From positions 368 through 64,367 of the forward strand of contig JAKVAO010000003.1 of the NCBI GenBank assembly GCA_022447685.1: 64,000 nt of DNA. Reading direction: 5' to 3'. The translations under genes were made by a program, and so were the position numbers. Origin of the DNA: Candidatus Caenarcanales bacterium. Its GTDB lineage: Bacteria > Cyanobacteriota > Vampirovibrionia > LMEP-6097. Shown here in pieces: positions 37,024 through 46,254 of this stretch; within the stretch, counting starts at the first letter, position 1, and each line of letters begins with the position of its first letter. The notes beneath the pieces were generated by a model. That model ran no database searches. It worked only from the letters and a program-made list of their open reading frames with translations, and had not been told where the DNA came from.

Positions 37024-38121
37024 CTAACTATATTTCTCTGAGATTTTATTCAAGACAGTGGATTTGAGATCTTCGAAACCAGCCGAATCACAGTTGAAGC
37101 CAGCAGCACGCGCATGACCTCCACCATTGAGTTCTAGAGCAATTGCAGAGCAATCAATGTCACAGGCACTTCTTAAACTACCTTTGTAATTAGCATTGTC
37201 TTGCTTATCTTCTCTTAGATAGAGACACATATCAACATCCTTAATTCTCATCAGGTGATCCACGATCTCATCAGTGTCTTCATCTTTAGCATCGAGAGCT
37301 TCAAGTGTAGTCCTACTGGTGGTAGTATAAACTATGCTCAAGGATCTAGAATTAAGTTCCAGCGTAACCAATTCAACATTATCTAGAGCATCTCCGATCA
37401 CTCTAATCGTCCTATATGGCATTTGGTTAAAGAGGAGATTGTATAATTTACTGGGTTCAGCACCTAAATCCACTAGTTCTGAAGCCCAACCGAAAACGTG
37501 TGGAGTAGTATTACTATGTCTGAAACCTCCAGTATCAGTAAGCAAAGTTATATAAAGCAAACTTGCAAGATCCTTATCAATATTAAGCATAGATTTACTT
37601 GCCTTCAATTCAGCATCTGAAGCTATCAATGAATTTAGAGAGTATAGAATATCTTTCACAACTTGCCCAGTACAAGTAGCTTCAGCGTCAACCCAGTTCA
37701 GATCAGCGTATAGCGGATTCGATAAATGGTGATCAACATTCATAGTAATCTTAGCTTTATCCCATATATTGCCAGCGGAACCAAGTCTTTTTATAGAACC
37801 ACAATCACAACTAAAGCTCAAATCATACTCATCAAGTAGCTTAGCTTTATCTTCATCTTTCATAGAACATAGAACCTTCTCCTGATCAGGGAAAAACTTA
37901 TATACAGCCGGCACTTCATCGTGCATCACTCGATCAACTCTCTCTAAACCGAAATCCTCAAGAACTTTAGCTAAAGCAAGCATAGATCCCAAAGTATCTC
38001 CATCAGGATTGACGTGAGCCGTTACCACAGCTGTCTTCGCATTTTTAATAGCTTCAATAATTTCAGAAGAGGCTATAGATTTTTTTTCAATCTCTAGGTT
38101 TTGAGTATCTGTTCCTGGCAT
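37024..38121 (-). CDS. nrnA: DHH-family phosphoesterase NrnA-like (oligoribonuclease / pAp phosphatase)
   Basis: DHH motifs HVNPDGDTLGS and NVDHH. DHHA1 motif GGGHARAAGF. Confidence 0.8.
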   Translation of the reverse strand: MPGTDTQNLEIEKKSIASSEIIEAIKNAKTAVVTAHVNPDGDTLGSMLALAKVLEDFGLERVDRVMHDEVPAVYKFFPDQEKVLCSMKDEDKAKLLDEYDLSFSCDCGSIKRLGSAGNIWDKAKITMNVDHHLSNPLYADLNWVDAEATCTGQVVKDILYSLNSLIASDAELKASKSMLNIDKDLASLLYITLLTDTGGFRHSNTTPHVFGWASELVDLGAEPSKLYNLLFNQMPYRTIRVIGDALDNVELVTLELNSRSLSIVYTTTSRTTLEALDAKDEDTDEIVDHLMRIKDVDMCLYLREDKQDNANYKGSLRSACDIDCSAIALELNGGGHARAAGFNCDSAGFEDLKSTVLNKISEKYS

Positions 38122-38161
38122 TTATATGATTTTAGCAGGAAAGTTTTTAAGTAAAAAATAT

Positions 38162-39322
38162 TTAGCTCCAACCTCTTCTGTAATCAGAGTTTAATTCATC
38201 AATATTATTACCATAAATATCATATGAATTAGTCTCATAAGGGTTGTTATTAAAAATATTATTCGAACTAACAAGCGGATTATTCAAGTTAGAATATGGA
38301 TCCAGGGCAGCTTCACCATAGATAGAGTATTGGTTTCTTAGACTTGGGTTACTATAAATACCATTAACTTCTCTACGGGCACTAGCCTGCAAACCGTTAG
38401 CATAATTCGCCATAGAACTTCCAGGTATAAATCCTGAGCTGTTTAGATTAGGATTGAATTGAGAAAAAGTATCATTTTGAGTCCGGGTAGTGTAAATTGC
38501 TCCTGAATTTATGTAATTATTTCGATTAGCTGCACCAATTGCTTCAAACCTTTTCAAATCATCAGCAGATAAATCTTGTATTTTAGCAGAAATTGTATCT
38601 AAATAATCTTTTGCCTCATTACCAACATCCTTAACATACTTATATAAATTATTGTCTTTATAAACACCTTCTTCTTCAAATCTGTCATTAGCTCCTGTAA
38701 AGTAAATTCCATCAATCCTTTCAAACAGATTCTTAGTATTGGCGTTACTTTGACTGTTATTAGCAAGCTCACCTAGAATTCTCTCATCAATATTAGCAAG
38801 GGCTTCAAAACGATCCCTGTCATCTGATATATTTTTTGCATTGATAATTGTCTCAGCAGAGTTAGCACTAAGCACATCTCTAAGAGTATCTTCACCTAAA
38901 TGTTCAAACAAAGCGGCTTTTCTTGCGTCATGCAGTTCGCCATATATTTCATCAGATTTCTGGATTAGATCAGCAGGTAAAACATTAGCCTGAATAGCAC
39001 CCAGTATCATATTTTCAGCTCTTACTCTATCAAGTTTTTCTCCATTATTTACGATCTTAGAAAGACCACCGTTAAAATAACTCGCTGTAGATCTTAGTTG
39101 AGCACTTTTAAGCCTAGCCTGATCTGTTTTAGGCTCAATCAAACTACCTCCAGCTGTAGAAGCATGAGTATTTCCACTCAAAATAGCTGTATTTAGTGGT
39201 GCCGATGTCTGAATTGCTTTATGAAAAGCTTGAAGTACGTCAGTAACATCAGAGTTTACACCCACATTGGTATAAAGTTCTCCAACTTGATTAACAATAT
39301 TTACCGGATTTAAATCGTTCAT
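38162..39322 (-). CDS. hypothetical Asn/Ser-rich protein
   Basis: 386-aa ORF with N/S/Y-rich low-complexity C-terminal third. No signal peptide detected, no known motif. Co-directional with nrnA, 40 nt upstream of it. Confidence 0.45.
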   Translation of the reverse strand: MNDLNPVNIVNQVGELYTNVGVNSDVTDVLQAFHKAIQTSAPLNTAILSGNTHASTAGGSLIEPKTDQARLKSAQLRSTASYFNGGLSKIVNNGEKLDRVRAENMILGAIQANVLPADLIQKSDEIYGELHDARKAALFEHLGEDTLRDVLSANSAETIINAKNISDDRDRFEALANIDERILGELANNSQSNANTKNLFERIDGIYFTGANDRFEEEGVYKDNNLYKYVKDVGNEAKDYLDTISAKIQDLSADDLKRFEAIGAANRNNYINSGAIYTTRTQNDTFSQFNPNLNSSGFIPGSSMANYANGLQASARREVNGIYSNPSLRNQYSIYGEAALDPYSNLNNPLVSSNNIFNNNPYETNSYDIYGNNIDELNSDYRRGWS

Positions 39323-39389
39323 ATGACCCTCTTAGGGTGTATTTACCAGTAAATAGTTAATAGTAGGTTAAATCAGTAAATAAAAATGT

Positions 39390-39506
39390 CTAAGCTTCGG
39401 CAATTATACCGAAACTAGCAATCATAAGTAAACAAAGAAAGAAAACAGCATAAAAAATGATATTTTCAAAACTTACTTGTACATTATCTTTTTTCTCAGC
39501 AGCCAT
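39390..39506 (-). CDS. 38-aa single-TM micro-protein at the 3' end of the respiratory operon
   Basis: Not in the ORF track (below its size cut-off). ATG 10 nt after the stop of the MvhD-like gene with RBS GGAGAG. MAAEKKDNVQVSFENIIFYAVFFLCLLMIASFGIIAEA has one clear TM helix. Confidence 0.4.
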   Translation of the reverse strand: MAAEKKDNVQVSFENIIFYAVFFLCLLMIASFGIIAEA

Positions 39507-39516
39507 GTGTCTCTCC

Positions 39517-39981
39517 TTAATCCTCAGCAGCTTCTTTAACTAATTCATTAGCAACATGAGATTTAAATTCTTCTATACGATCTTTGAATTCATCTACTTG
39601 AACTTCAGACATCCAAAAACCTTGTAGTCTATTCTTAGGAACAGTCTTCTTAATCATAGGAGGTCTCAAACCAAGTAATCTTTCTCTACAGAATTTATTA
39701 CCTTCTCTAAAGTGGCAATCACCAATCTGACAACCCATAGCGATAACACCATCAGCTCCAGATTTGAAAGCAGATTCGATCATTCTTGGCTGAATCATAC
39801 CGCTACAAGGAACTTGAATAACATCACAGTTATCGACACCATTAAGTTTAGTTTGATCAAGTTCACCTTCTAAGTTAACACTTCTTTCACAAGCGATAAC
39901 TGCGACTCTAACCTCATCTTTAGACTTTGGTTTTTGTTCCTCAACTGTTTCTTCTTCAGCGTTTTTTACATCTTCTGCCAT
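39517..39981 (-). CDS. MvhD/FlpD-like iron-sulfur protein (methyl-viologen-reducing hydrogenase delta-subunit family)
   Basis: CDVIQVPCSGMIQPRMIESAFKSGADGVIAMGCQIGDCHFREGNKFCRERL matches the FlpD/MvhD family signature (C..C.G........AF..GADGV.+.GC..GDCH...GN). Acidic N-terminal extension. Confidence 0.55.
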   Translation of the reverse strand: MAEDVKNAEEETVEEQKPKSKDEVRVAVIACERSVNLEGELDQTKLNGVDNCDVIQVPCSGMIQPRMIESAFKSGADGVIAMGCQIGDCHFREGNKFCRERLLGLRPPMIKKTVPKNRLQGFWMSEVQVDEFKDRIEEFKSHVANELVKEAAED

Positions 39982-40022
39982 ATTTAAAATCCCTTAGTTA
40001 AATTATACTCCTAAACTTGTAA

Positions 40023-41150
40023 CTAATCTTGCAAAGCAATTCTAATATCATCCATTACTTGAGTTGATCTATAAGTAGGAAGCTCAATTGCGTCAAAGTT
40101 ACAAGCCCCAACACAAAGTCCACACTCAGCACAACGATCATTGATAACTACTGCAAGTTCTTTGTACTTACTACCATCATTTCTTGGTGCCATATAAATA
40201 GCCTCGTAAGGACAGTCGATAGAACATAATCTGCAACCTACACATGAATCTTTATTAACTGATGCTGGCTCACTATCTTCTGACTTGACGAAATTTGGAA
40301 GTAAAGTAACAACTACTAAACCAACTATCAAAGCTGCCCAAGCACCGTAGTTACCAACAAGATCTATCAGAGGAAATAACCATAAATAGAACCAATCTAC
40401 GTCCATAATAGGAATCGAAGGTAACATTGCATTGAAGTTAGCTTCTTCACCGGATAGAGCAGGAACAGCTCCGGCTATAACTAAAACAAGTCCAGCCAAT
40501 AGTGATCCAATAGCCCAGGTTACATTTACAACTGGTCTAGAGATTCTCATATAGTGAACCCATAGAAGAATTAGTAGTGCAAATGAAGTTCCGGTGTGTA
40601 AAAAGAACGACATGCTCATAGTATAGTTAGAGATTATATCTCCGTTGATAAAACCGTGAGAAAGTGTTTCACCAATGAAAGGTAATGCAGCTAAGAACTC
40701 AGCGAATTTATTAACTATAGTTAAAGATCTTTGATCCCAAACTAAAATATAACCAGAGATACCAATTACCAACATAAATAATGATAAAGCAATTCCTGAA
40801 TACCAAGCAATAATTCTATATTCTCTATATCTATCTGTGAAATAAACTCTGATAGCGTGAAGAACTACTGTTAAATACATCGCATCAGCAGCGTACCTAT
40901 GAATTCCTCTAATTACGTCACCATATGGAAGCTTTTTAGTTATATACTCAACTGACTGATAAGCCGCTTCTAGTGTAGGAGTATAATATGCAAATAGCAA
41001 TAAACCTGATAGAAAGAGCATCCACATAAAGAAGTTTGGCATTGCACCATGGTAATAAAGTATGTTTTGCTCTGATGAAAATATCTTGTTAAGTATATCT
41101 TCTAATCTTAATATTACTTTTTGTCCGCCGCGAACGATATTAGTTAACAT
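40023..41150 (-). CDS. membrane protein: cytochrome b N-terminal-like four-helix domain fused to C-terminal 2x[4Fe-4S] ferredoxin domain
   Basis: N-terminal 230 aa has cytochrome-b-like spacing of conserved His in TM helices (RGIHRY, VLHAIRVY, FFLHTG, WVHYMR) and the GYILVWDQRS motif. C-terminus has CVGCRLCSIDCP and CAECGLCVGACNF, two CxxCxxCxxxC(P) clusters. Confidence 0.65.
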   Translation of the reverse strand: MLTNIVRGGQKVILRLEDILNKIFSSEQNILYYHGAMPNFFMWMLFLSGLLLFAYYTPTLEAAYQSVEYITKKLPYGDVIRGIHRYAADAMYLTVVLHAIRVYFTDRYREYRIIAWYSGIALSLFMLVIGISGYILVWDQRSLTIVNKFAEFLAALPFIGETLSHGFINGDIISNYTMSMSFFLHTGTSFALLILLWVHYMRISRPVVNVTWAIGSLLAGLVLVIAGAVPALSGEEANFNAMLPSIPIMDVDWFYLWLFPLIDLVGNYGAWAALIVGLVVVTLLPNFVKSEDSEPASVNKDSCVGCRLCSIDCPYEAIYMAPRNDGSKYKELAVVINDRCAECGLCVGACNFDAIELPTYRSTQVMDDIRIALQD

Positions 41151-41159
41151 AAAATTTCC

Positions 41160-41513
41160 TTATTTCTTTTTAGCCTGTGTTATTTCGTAGTTCTCTAAAG
41201 GTTTTCTATTAGCGATTACAATTGCAAAGAAGGAGCTTACCAAAGCTAAACCTAAACAGATTGAGTAACCTAAAGTCGAAATTTTCTTCTGAGCTACAGG
41301 ATCTATCTCAAAACCGAGAGTACCAAGAACAGTATTAATCATTTTTAAATTATTAAATGTTCCCTCATCAAAATATGCTGGATCAGCACCTAATAATTCA
41401 AAATAGTGCATCAATGTAAACATACCACCGAAGAAGGCAAGATTTACAAGAGCGATTAGAATCGCTAACTCAACACTTATCAATCCCTGAGATTCTTTTT
41501 TACTTTCAGCCAT
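41160..41513 (-). CDS. small two-TM membrane protein (respiratory operon)
   Basis: 117 aa, two hydrophobic helices. Overlaps the upstream ORF by 8 nt. Confidence 0.45.
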   Translation of the reverse strand: MAESKKESQGLISVELAILIALVNLAFFGGMFTLMHYFELLGADPAYFDEGTFNNLKMINTVLGTLGFEIDPVAQKKISTLGYSICLGLALVSSFFAIVIANRKPLENYEITQAKKK

Positions 41514-41823
41514 TATTTAAATCCAAATCCTTTTTACTATTAGAGCGCTCTCTTAGAAACTCATAAATTTTTTCGTAAGGAGCAAATGTTGCTCTTAAAT
41601 TATCCTTGTCCTTTTCTTCAGAATAAATTTTATAAGTCATATAAAGAACTGAAGAAGCAAAAACTATAGAACTTACTATTAAAACTAAAGTAGCTTTGTA
41701 GTTTTCACCAGCTGCATAAAGCTCATCAGTACTGAAGAACTGTGACAAAGAGATAACGGATACTAGAAAAACTAACCAGTACGTTAATGATATAGGTTTA
41801 GCTTTAGTAGTATCTTTGCTCAC
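41506..41823 (-). CDS. small two-TM membrane protein (respiratory operon)
   Basis: 105 aa, two hydrophobic helices. Start overlaps the cytochrome b stop by 1 nt. Confidence 0.45.
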   Translation of the reverse strand: MSKDTTKAKPISLTYWLVFLVSVISLSQFFSTDELYAAGENYKATLVLIVSSIVFASSVLYMTYKIYSEEKDKDNLRATFAPYEKIYEFLRERSNSKKDLDLNNG

Positions 41824-43322
41824 TAAGCAGCGGTTCCTTCTTTTTTAACTAGCAATTGAGGGGTTTCAATGAACTTCTCATAGTACCAAGTAGCTACTAA
41901 TGCTAAGAATGAACCACCGTAAAATATCCACAGACGTCCCCAAGAACCATCAGCTAGGAAACTCTCACCTAAAACTCCATCTAAAGGTAAACCAAAGTAT
42001 GGAACTGTGTGAATTCTAGAAAGATAGAGGAATAGGAACAAGAAGAACATAGAAGTAAGCTTCCAGTAGTTAAATCCTCTCATCTTACAAGAGAAATATA
42101 CACCTATAGCTACAATACCAGTGCTACCAGCAATCCAATATGGAGGGTCAGTATTGATGTTTGCGATGTTAAGAATAATCAATACAGAGAAAACGATAAA
42201 GTTAATGAATCCCATTATCGAAATAGCCATAATAAGTGGTCTTTTCGTAATAGCAGTTTCTTTACCAGTATCAAAGAAAGGTAATGATAGAACTGTTACT
42301 GGAATTAGAACTGTAACAAATGTCGCTAATACTGGCTCAATATACTTATACATTTGGTAAAGAGCTAAGAAGTACCAGTCAGATAAAATCGGTAATGGAG
42401 TTACTGAAGGATTAGCTCTAGCTCCCATCTCAGCTGGGAAAATAGTTGCAGCTGCAGCGATCATTAAAATTACTAAGAAACCTTCAGTCCAAGGTACATT
42501 AAATCTTTTCTTTTTGTTGCTGTAGAAATAAAGCTCAACTACGATTAAACCAATAGTAGAAAGAGCCATATGCATAGAATAGAATCTAGTAATAGTCGCT
42601 TGACCAATCGCACTGCCACCTAAAAGGATTTGCTGCGTAGTCATACCAATATTGAAGTTGATGTATTGGTTTAAAAGCTTCATATCAAGAAGAATTCCAC
42701 CACCTTCAGATACTGGAATAGCAGGTAAGCTCGTAGGAACACCAATCTTAATCAATTGATTAACAACAGTCTCACCTAAGAATGCAAGGTTTATACCGAA
42801 TTGATCCATATAGCCAGGGAAAGTAGCAAATACTTTAGTCGCCCAAAAAGCTCTCTGGTTCCAAATTAAAAGATAACCCGATAAACCTGAATAAAAACCT
42901 AATAACATTAAGAAGAAACAGATCCATAAATTGAATTCTCTGTTTCCTTTATAGTCAGCACAGATGAACATTCTGTACATCTTTAAAGTACCAACGATGA
43001 TAAAAGCATCCGCACCATATTTGTGCATACCTCTGATCAATGCCCCAAAAGGGACATGTTCTTGGATTCTGATGATACTGTCGTATGCTTGCTCAGCAGT
43101 AGGAATATAAAAACCAACTAAAAGAGCACCTGTAGCAACAGTTACCATCCAAGTTAACCATTGAAGAGCGCCTAATTTATACCAAACATTTTCTCTTTGT
43201 TTATCAACAAAAGTCTCATCAAAAAAATCAATATTCTTAAACCTATCAAGAAAGAACTTCTTAACAGTGTCTAATGAAGGAATATATTGTGCAATATTTG
43301 AACCGATACCAGTTACTGACAT
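41823..43322 (-). CDS. cytochrome b subunit of a Rieske/cytochrome b (bc-type) complex, long unsplit form
   Basis: 499 aa. The N-terminal cytochrome b domain contains GALIRGMHKYGADAFII...KMYRMF, and the C-terminal domain contains PAEMGARANP. About 10-11 TM helices. Confidence 0.8.
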   Translation of the reverse strand: MSVTGIGSNIAQYIPSLDTVKKFFLDRFKNIDFFDETFVDKQRENVWYKLGALQWLTWMVTVATGALLVGFYIPTAEQAYDSIIRIQEHVPFGALIRGMHKYGADAFIIVGTLKMYRMFICADYKGNREFNLWICFFLMLLGFYSGLSGYLLIWNQRAFWATKVFATFPGYMDQFGINLAFLGETVVNQLIKIGVPTSLPAIPVSEGGGILLDMKLLNQYINFNIGMTTQQILLGGSAIGQATITRFYSMHMALSTIGLIVVELYFYSNKKKRFNVPWTEGFLVILMIAAAATIFPAEMGARANPSVTPLPILSDWYFLALYQMYKYIEPVLATFVTVLIPVTVLSLPFFDTGKETAITKRPLIMAISIMGFINFIVFSVLIILNIANINTDPPYWIAGSTGIVAIGVYFSCKMRGFNYWKLTSMFFLFLFLYLSRIHTVPYFGLPLDGVLGESFLADGSWGRLWIFYGGSFLALVATWYYEKFIETPQLLVKKEGTAA

Positions 43323-43324
43323 AA

Positions 43325-43942
43325 TTATGAAATACCTCCGGACTCAAGACTCTCAATAGCAAGCATTCCATCATTGACATTAAAATTAAATTTAAATGGT
43401 GAACGCGGTGCTGGACCTGAAACTACCTTCCCTCTACCTTTAGTATCTTCAAGCATAGGATCGTATACTGAAAGGTGACAAGGACAAGCAAAAACTTTTT
43501 GACCAGGATTAGGAGTGTAGTTATAACCAGCTGCAACTTCAGCTTCGTTAGGAACGAAGTTAAATACACAACCTAAATGTGGACAAACTCTACTAAAAAC
43601 TACGAACTTAGGACTACCATCAGCTTCATTTGCAGGTAAACGAACTGCCGCTCCCGGAATGGTTTTGATCTGCTGATTAATAGAAGTATATTCTCTGTTG
43701 GTTTCTTGGAACATAAAGTATTTAAAAGACCAAGGTTCAGGAAAATCATTAACATCAAACTTAATAACCTTTACAGGCTTAGGTTTATCTGGTGTTTTAA
43801 AGATCTCTAAAGTCGCTAAAGGACCAGAACTTGGTTTCAAATATCTAACAAATGGAGATAAAAGTGCGGCAGATATAGTACCAATAATAGGTACTGATAA
43901 TATTACCTTTATTAAATCTCTTTTTTCAAATTTCATGCTCAT
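43325..43942 (-). CDS. Rieske [2Fe-2S] iron-sulfur protein
   Basis: N-terminal TM anchor. Rieske boxes CPHLGC and CPCHLSVYD. Confidence 0.85.
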   Translation of the reverse strand: MSMKFEKRDLIKVILSVPIIGTISAALLSPFVRYLKPSSGPLATLEIFKTPDKPKPVKVIKFDVNDFPEPWSFKYFMFQETNREYTSINQQIKTIPGAAVRLPANEADGSPKFVVFSRVCPHLGCVFNFVPNEAEVAAGYNYTPNPGQKVFACPCHLSVYDPMLEDTKGRGKVVSGPAPRSPFKFNFNVNDGMLAIESLESGGIS

Positions 43943-43978
43943 CTCTAAATATTCCTTAAAATCTTATCTTTTAATAAT

Positions 43979-44764
43979 TTACCCTTTATTCTCAGTCTCT
44001 AATGACTTCTTATATTCTTCTAAATTCTTTCTTCCTTGATCAAGTCTATCAAGTTCTTGCGAAAAACCAAATTGACGAACGTATCTAACTAATTTCCAAA
44101 TCATTTCTTCATCAAATTTATAACCTTGATCAAAGTCAATTCTATTCTTCCATGCAGGCATAGCAGTCCATGGAATACCATGAGTTAACTCTTTGTGCAA
44201 TTTATTATCAGTTCTAGTATAAAGTCTCTCAAACATATTAAAGTTAGCAGGCATTGGCTTTAGTGCTTTATGTAAGTTACCATCACCGTGTCCTCTAGTA
44301 CCATGACATACTGCACAGTTACCACCAAAAATAGAACTCATCTTTGCAAGCTCATCAGAATTTAACTTATAATAACCAAGGATTTCAGCTCTGGTATACA
44401 TTAAAGCATCCCACATCTCATCACGACTAAGCTTATCTTTAAAACCAGGCATTCCTTTAGCATTACCATTTTTTATAACTTCATATTGTTCCTCAGGTGA
44501 TCTTGCTCTCATCATTTTTTTTGATAAGAAACCATTTTTAGGATGATCTCCATGACATTGTGCACAATTTTGTTTATAAACCCACTTACCATTTTCAATA
44601 GATGGGTCATGAGAAGGAAACTCATTAAGAGCGAGTTTCGGATCCCATGGCATTACTAAACTACTACCTAAGACTTCTTTCTCATAAGATTCAGCAGCTA
44701 AAGCTACGTTTAAAGAAACTGTGAAAACTGAGATTAGAATTATAAGCTTTATGATTTGCTTCAT
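43979..44764 (-). CDS. di-heme cytochrome c (CcoP-like soluble part or cytochrome c4-like), own signal/anchor
   Basis: Two CxxCH motifs (CAQCH, CAVCH). N-terminal MKQIIKLIILISVFTVSLNVALAA. Start set to ATG 44764; the 44818 start of the ORF-track model was rejected. Confidence 0.7.
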   Translation of the reverse strand: MKQIIKLIILISVFTVSLNVALAAESYEKEVLGSSLVMPWDPKLALNEFPSHDPSIENGKWVYKQNCAQCHGDHPKNGFLSKKMMRARSPEEQYEVIKNGNAKGMPGFKDKLSRDEMWDALMYTRAEILGYYKLNSDELAKMSSIFGGNCAVCHGTRGHGDGNLHKALKPMPANFNMFERLYTRTDNKLHKELTHGIPWTAMPAWKNRIDFDQGYKFDEEMIWKLVRYVRQFGFSQELDRLDQGRKNLEEYKKSLETENKG

Positions 44765-44783
44765 TGATTTAAATTTCTCCGTA

Positions 44784-44978
44784 TTAATATCCATAAAAAG
44801 GTATCCAGCTAATCGCACACCAAATTATTACTAATATGTACATAACGATTAAAAATAGAGGTGGCTTATTATGTCCAACTTTATATTCATTCGTAGGTTG
44901 CGCTCCATGAGGCTTTACTCCAGGTGGTAAACCTGTTGATATTGGCGACATTTCATCAAATTGATTATTATCTGTCAT
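44784..44978 (-). CDS. small membrane protein resembling the N-terminal TM segment of CcoP
   Basis: VGHNKPPLFLIVMYILVIIWCAISWIPFYGY resembles the CcoP N-terminus (GHEWDGI.E.DNPLP.WW...F...I.W...YW..YP). 64 aa, in a different frame from the downstream di-heme cytochrome c. Confidence 0.45.
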   Translation of the reverse strand: MTDNNQFDEMSPISTGLPPGVKPHGAQPTNEYKVGHNKPPLFLIVMYILVIIWCAISWIPFYGY

Positions 44979-44991
44979 AACTTAAAATCTC

Positions 44992-45207
44992 CTAGCAGTC
45001 CATCATCTCCAACTTAGCAGCTTCAATATCTTTAAACTGCCCAGTTCTAAAGCCCCAATATGCAAGAATACTTGCAATACCGAAGAAACTAATACAAAGT
45101 AAACAGAAAATGGCTATGCCTTCTTTGTTAAAAGTAGCTAAAATCCACTCTCTGAATTCTAAAAGCAGATTAGTGTCCACCATGTCCTCCTTTAGATGAT
45201 TTACCAC
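44992..45207 (-). CDS. CcoQ/FixQ-like small single-TM subunit
   Basis: 71 aa with one TM helix (GIAIFCLLCISFFGIASILAYWGF) and FixQ-like flanking sequence. An alternative ATG exists at 45183. Overlaps the ccoO 3' end. Confidence 0.4.
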   Translation of the reverse strand: MVNHLKEDMVDTNLLLEFREWILATFNKEGIAIFCLLCISFFGIASILAYWGFRTGQFKDIEAAKLEMMDC

Positions 45208-46252
45208 CTTTTTTCTTATTCTTAGCTAGTTTTTCATAATTATCAGTAATCCTTTCAGGTAAAGCAGATTGTGACTGCCAAGCTTCAGAATCAATAGTCT
45301 GATATGGTTCAATGATAGGTGATTTATCCTGAGGTAGTGTCTTCAAGAAAGCAACTAGATACCACATTTGCTCAGGCTCTAACTTAAGTTTCCATCTAGG
45401 CATCCTCGATCCTGGAACACCTTCAGCAACTCTCCAGTACCAAGTTTTATCAGAGTAAGCTTTGTAGTAAGGTCTTGAGAAGTTAGCAGGTTTTTTAGCC
45501 ATTGCTAAAGCATTCGGACCATTACCCAAACCATTCAAACCATGACACACAGCACAATTTTGTCTGAAGATACCCGCTCCAGCATTAGCAGCAGCAGCAC
45601 TATCAACATTAGGTTTGTGATGCTCAGATGCATGCCAGAAAGCCTCATCAGCTTCAGGGTAATAAGCTTCATAAATATGTCTGTTCTCAGGATCATCGAA
45701 TCTTTTTCTTCCTAAAGTCTGTAGATAAGAAACTAAATAACCTAAGTCATCATCAGACAAGTAGCTAAATGAAGGCATAATAGAACCTGGATTGTACTCT
45801 CTAGGGTTCTTCAAATGACCAATGTGCCATTCATCTGGAAGTTTGCCACCTTCATTAGATAAATCAGGACCAGTTCTAGATGTACCTAAAACATTAGGAG
45901 TTTCGTTAGCGTAGTCGCCAGCGTGAACTCTAGAACCAAAATCTCTATCCTGAGGTCTAACAAATTGTGAGTGACAATAAAAACAGCCTTCTCTTACATA
46001 GATTGCTCTACCTTTACCGGCATCATTTAATACAGGTAAGCCTTTTTTATCTCTTTTTATAGTTCCGTCTGCTTGCTTCTCAACATACTCCATCGCATAT
46101 TTACTAGGCTCAGACTTTAATGAAGGTAAATTAGGTATCGCGACGACTACTGTATAAATTATCGCAAATGAAAATGCAACAACTATAGCAGGCAGGATGT
46201 AACCTTTTGCACCTACTGATTTATTTTCGTTTGAATTCTTATCTTCTGACAT
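45170..46252 (-). CDS. ccoO: cbb3-type cytochrome c oxidase subunit II (CcoO) fused to an additional C-terminal mono-heme cytochrome c domain
   Basis: N-terminal TM, CcoO heme motif GCFYCHSQFVRP plus GPDL. A second CxxCH (CAVCHG) lies in the C-terminal 150 aa. Gly/Lys-rich tail. Confidence 0.8.
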   Translation of the reverse strand: MSEDKNSNENKSVGAKGYILPAIVVAFSFAIIYTVVVAIPNLPSLKSEPSKYAMEYVEKQADGTIKRDKKGLPVLNDAGKGRAIYVREGCFYCHSQFVRPQDRDFGSRVHAGDYANETPNVLGTSRTGPDLSNEGGKLPDEWHIGHLKNPREYNPGSIMPSFSYLSDDDLGYLVSYLQTLGRKRFDDPENRHIYEAYYPEADEAFWHASEHHKPNVDSAAAANAGAGIFRQNCAVCHGLNGLGNGPNALAMAKKPANFSRPYYKAYSDKTWYWRVAEGVPGSRMPRWKLKLEPEQMWYLVAFLKTLPQDKSPIIEPYQTIDSEAWQSQSALPERITDNYEKLAKNKKKGGKSSKGGHGGH

Positions 46253-46254
46253 TT

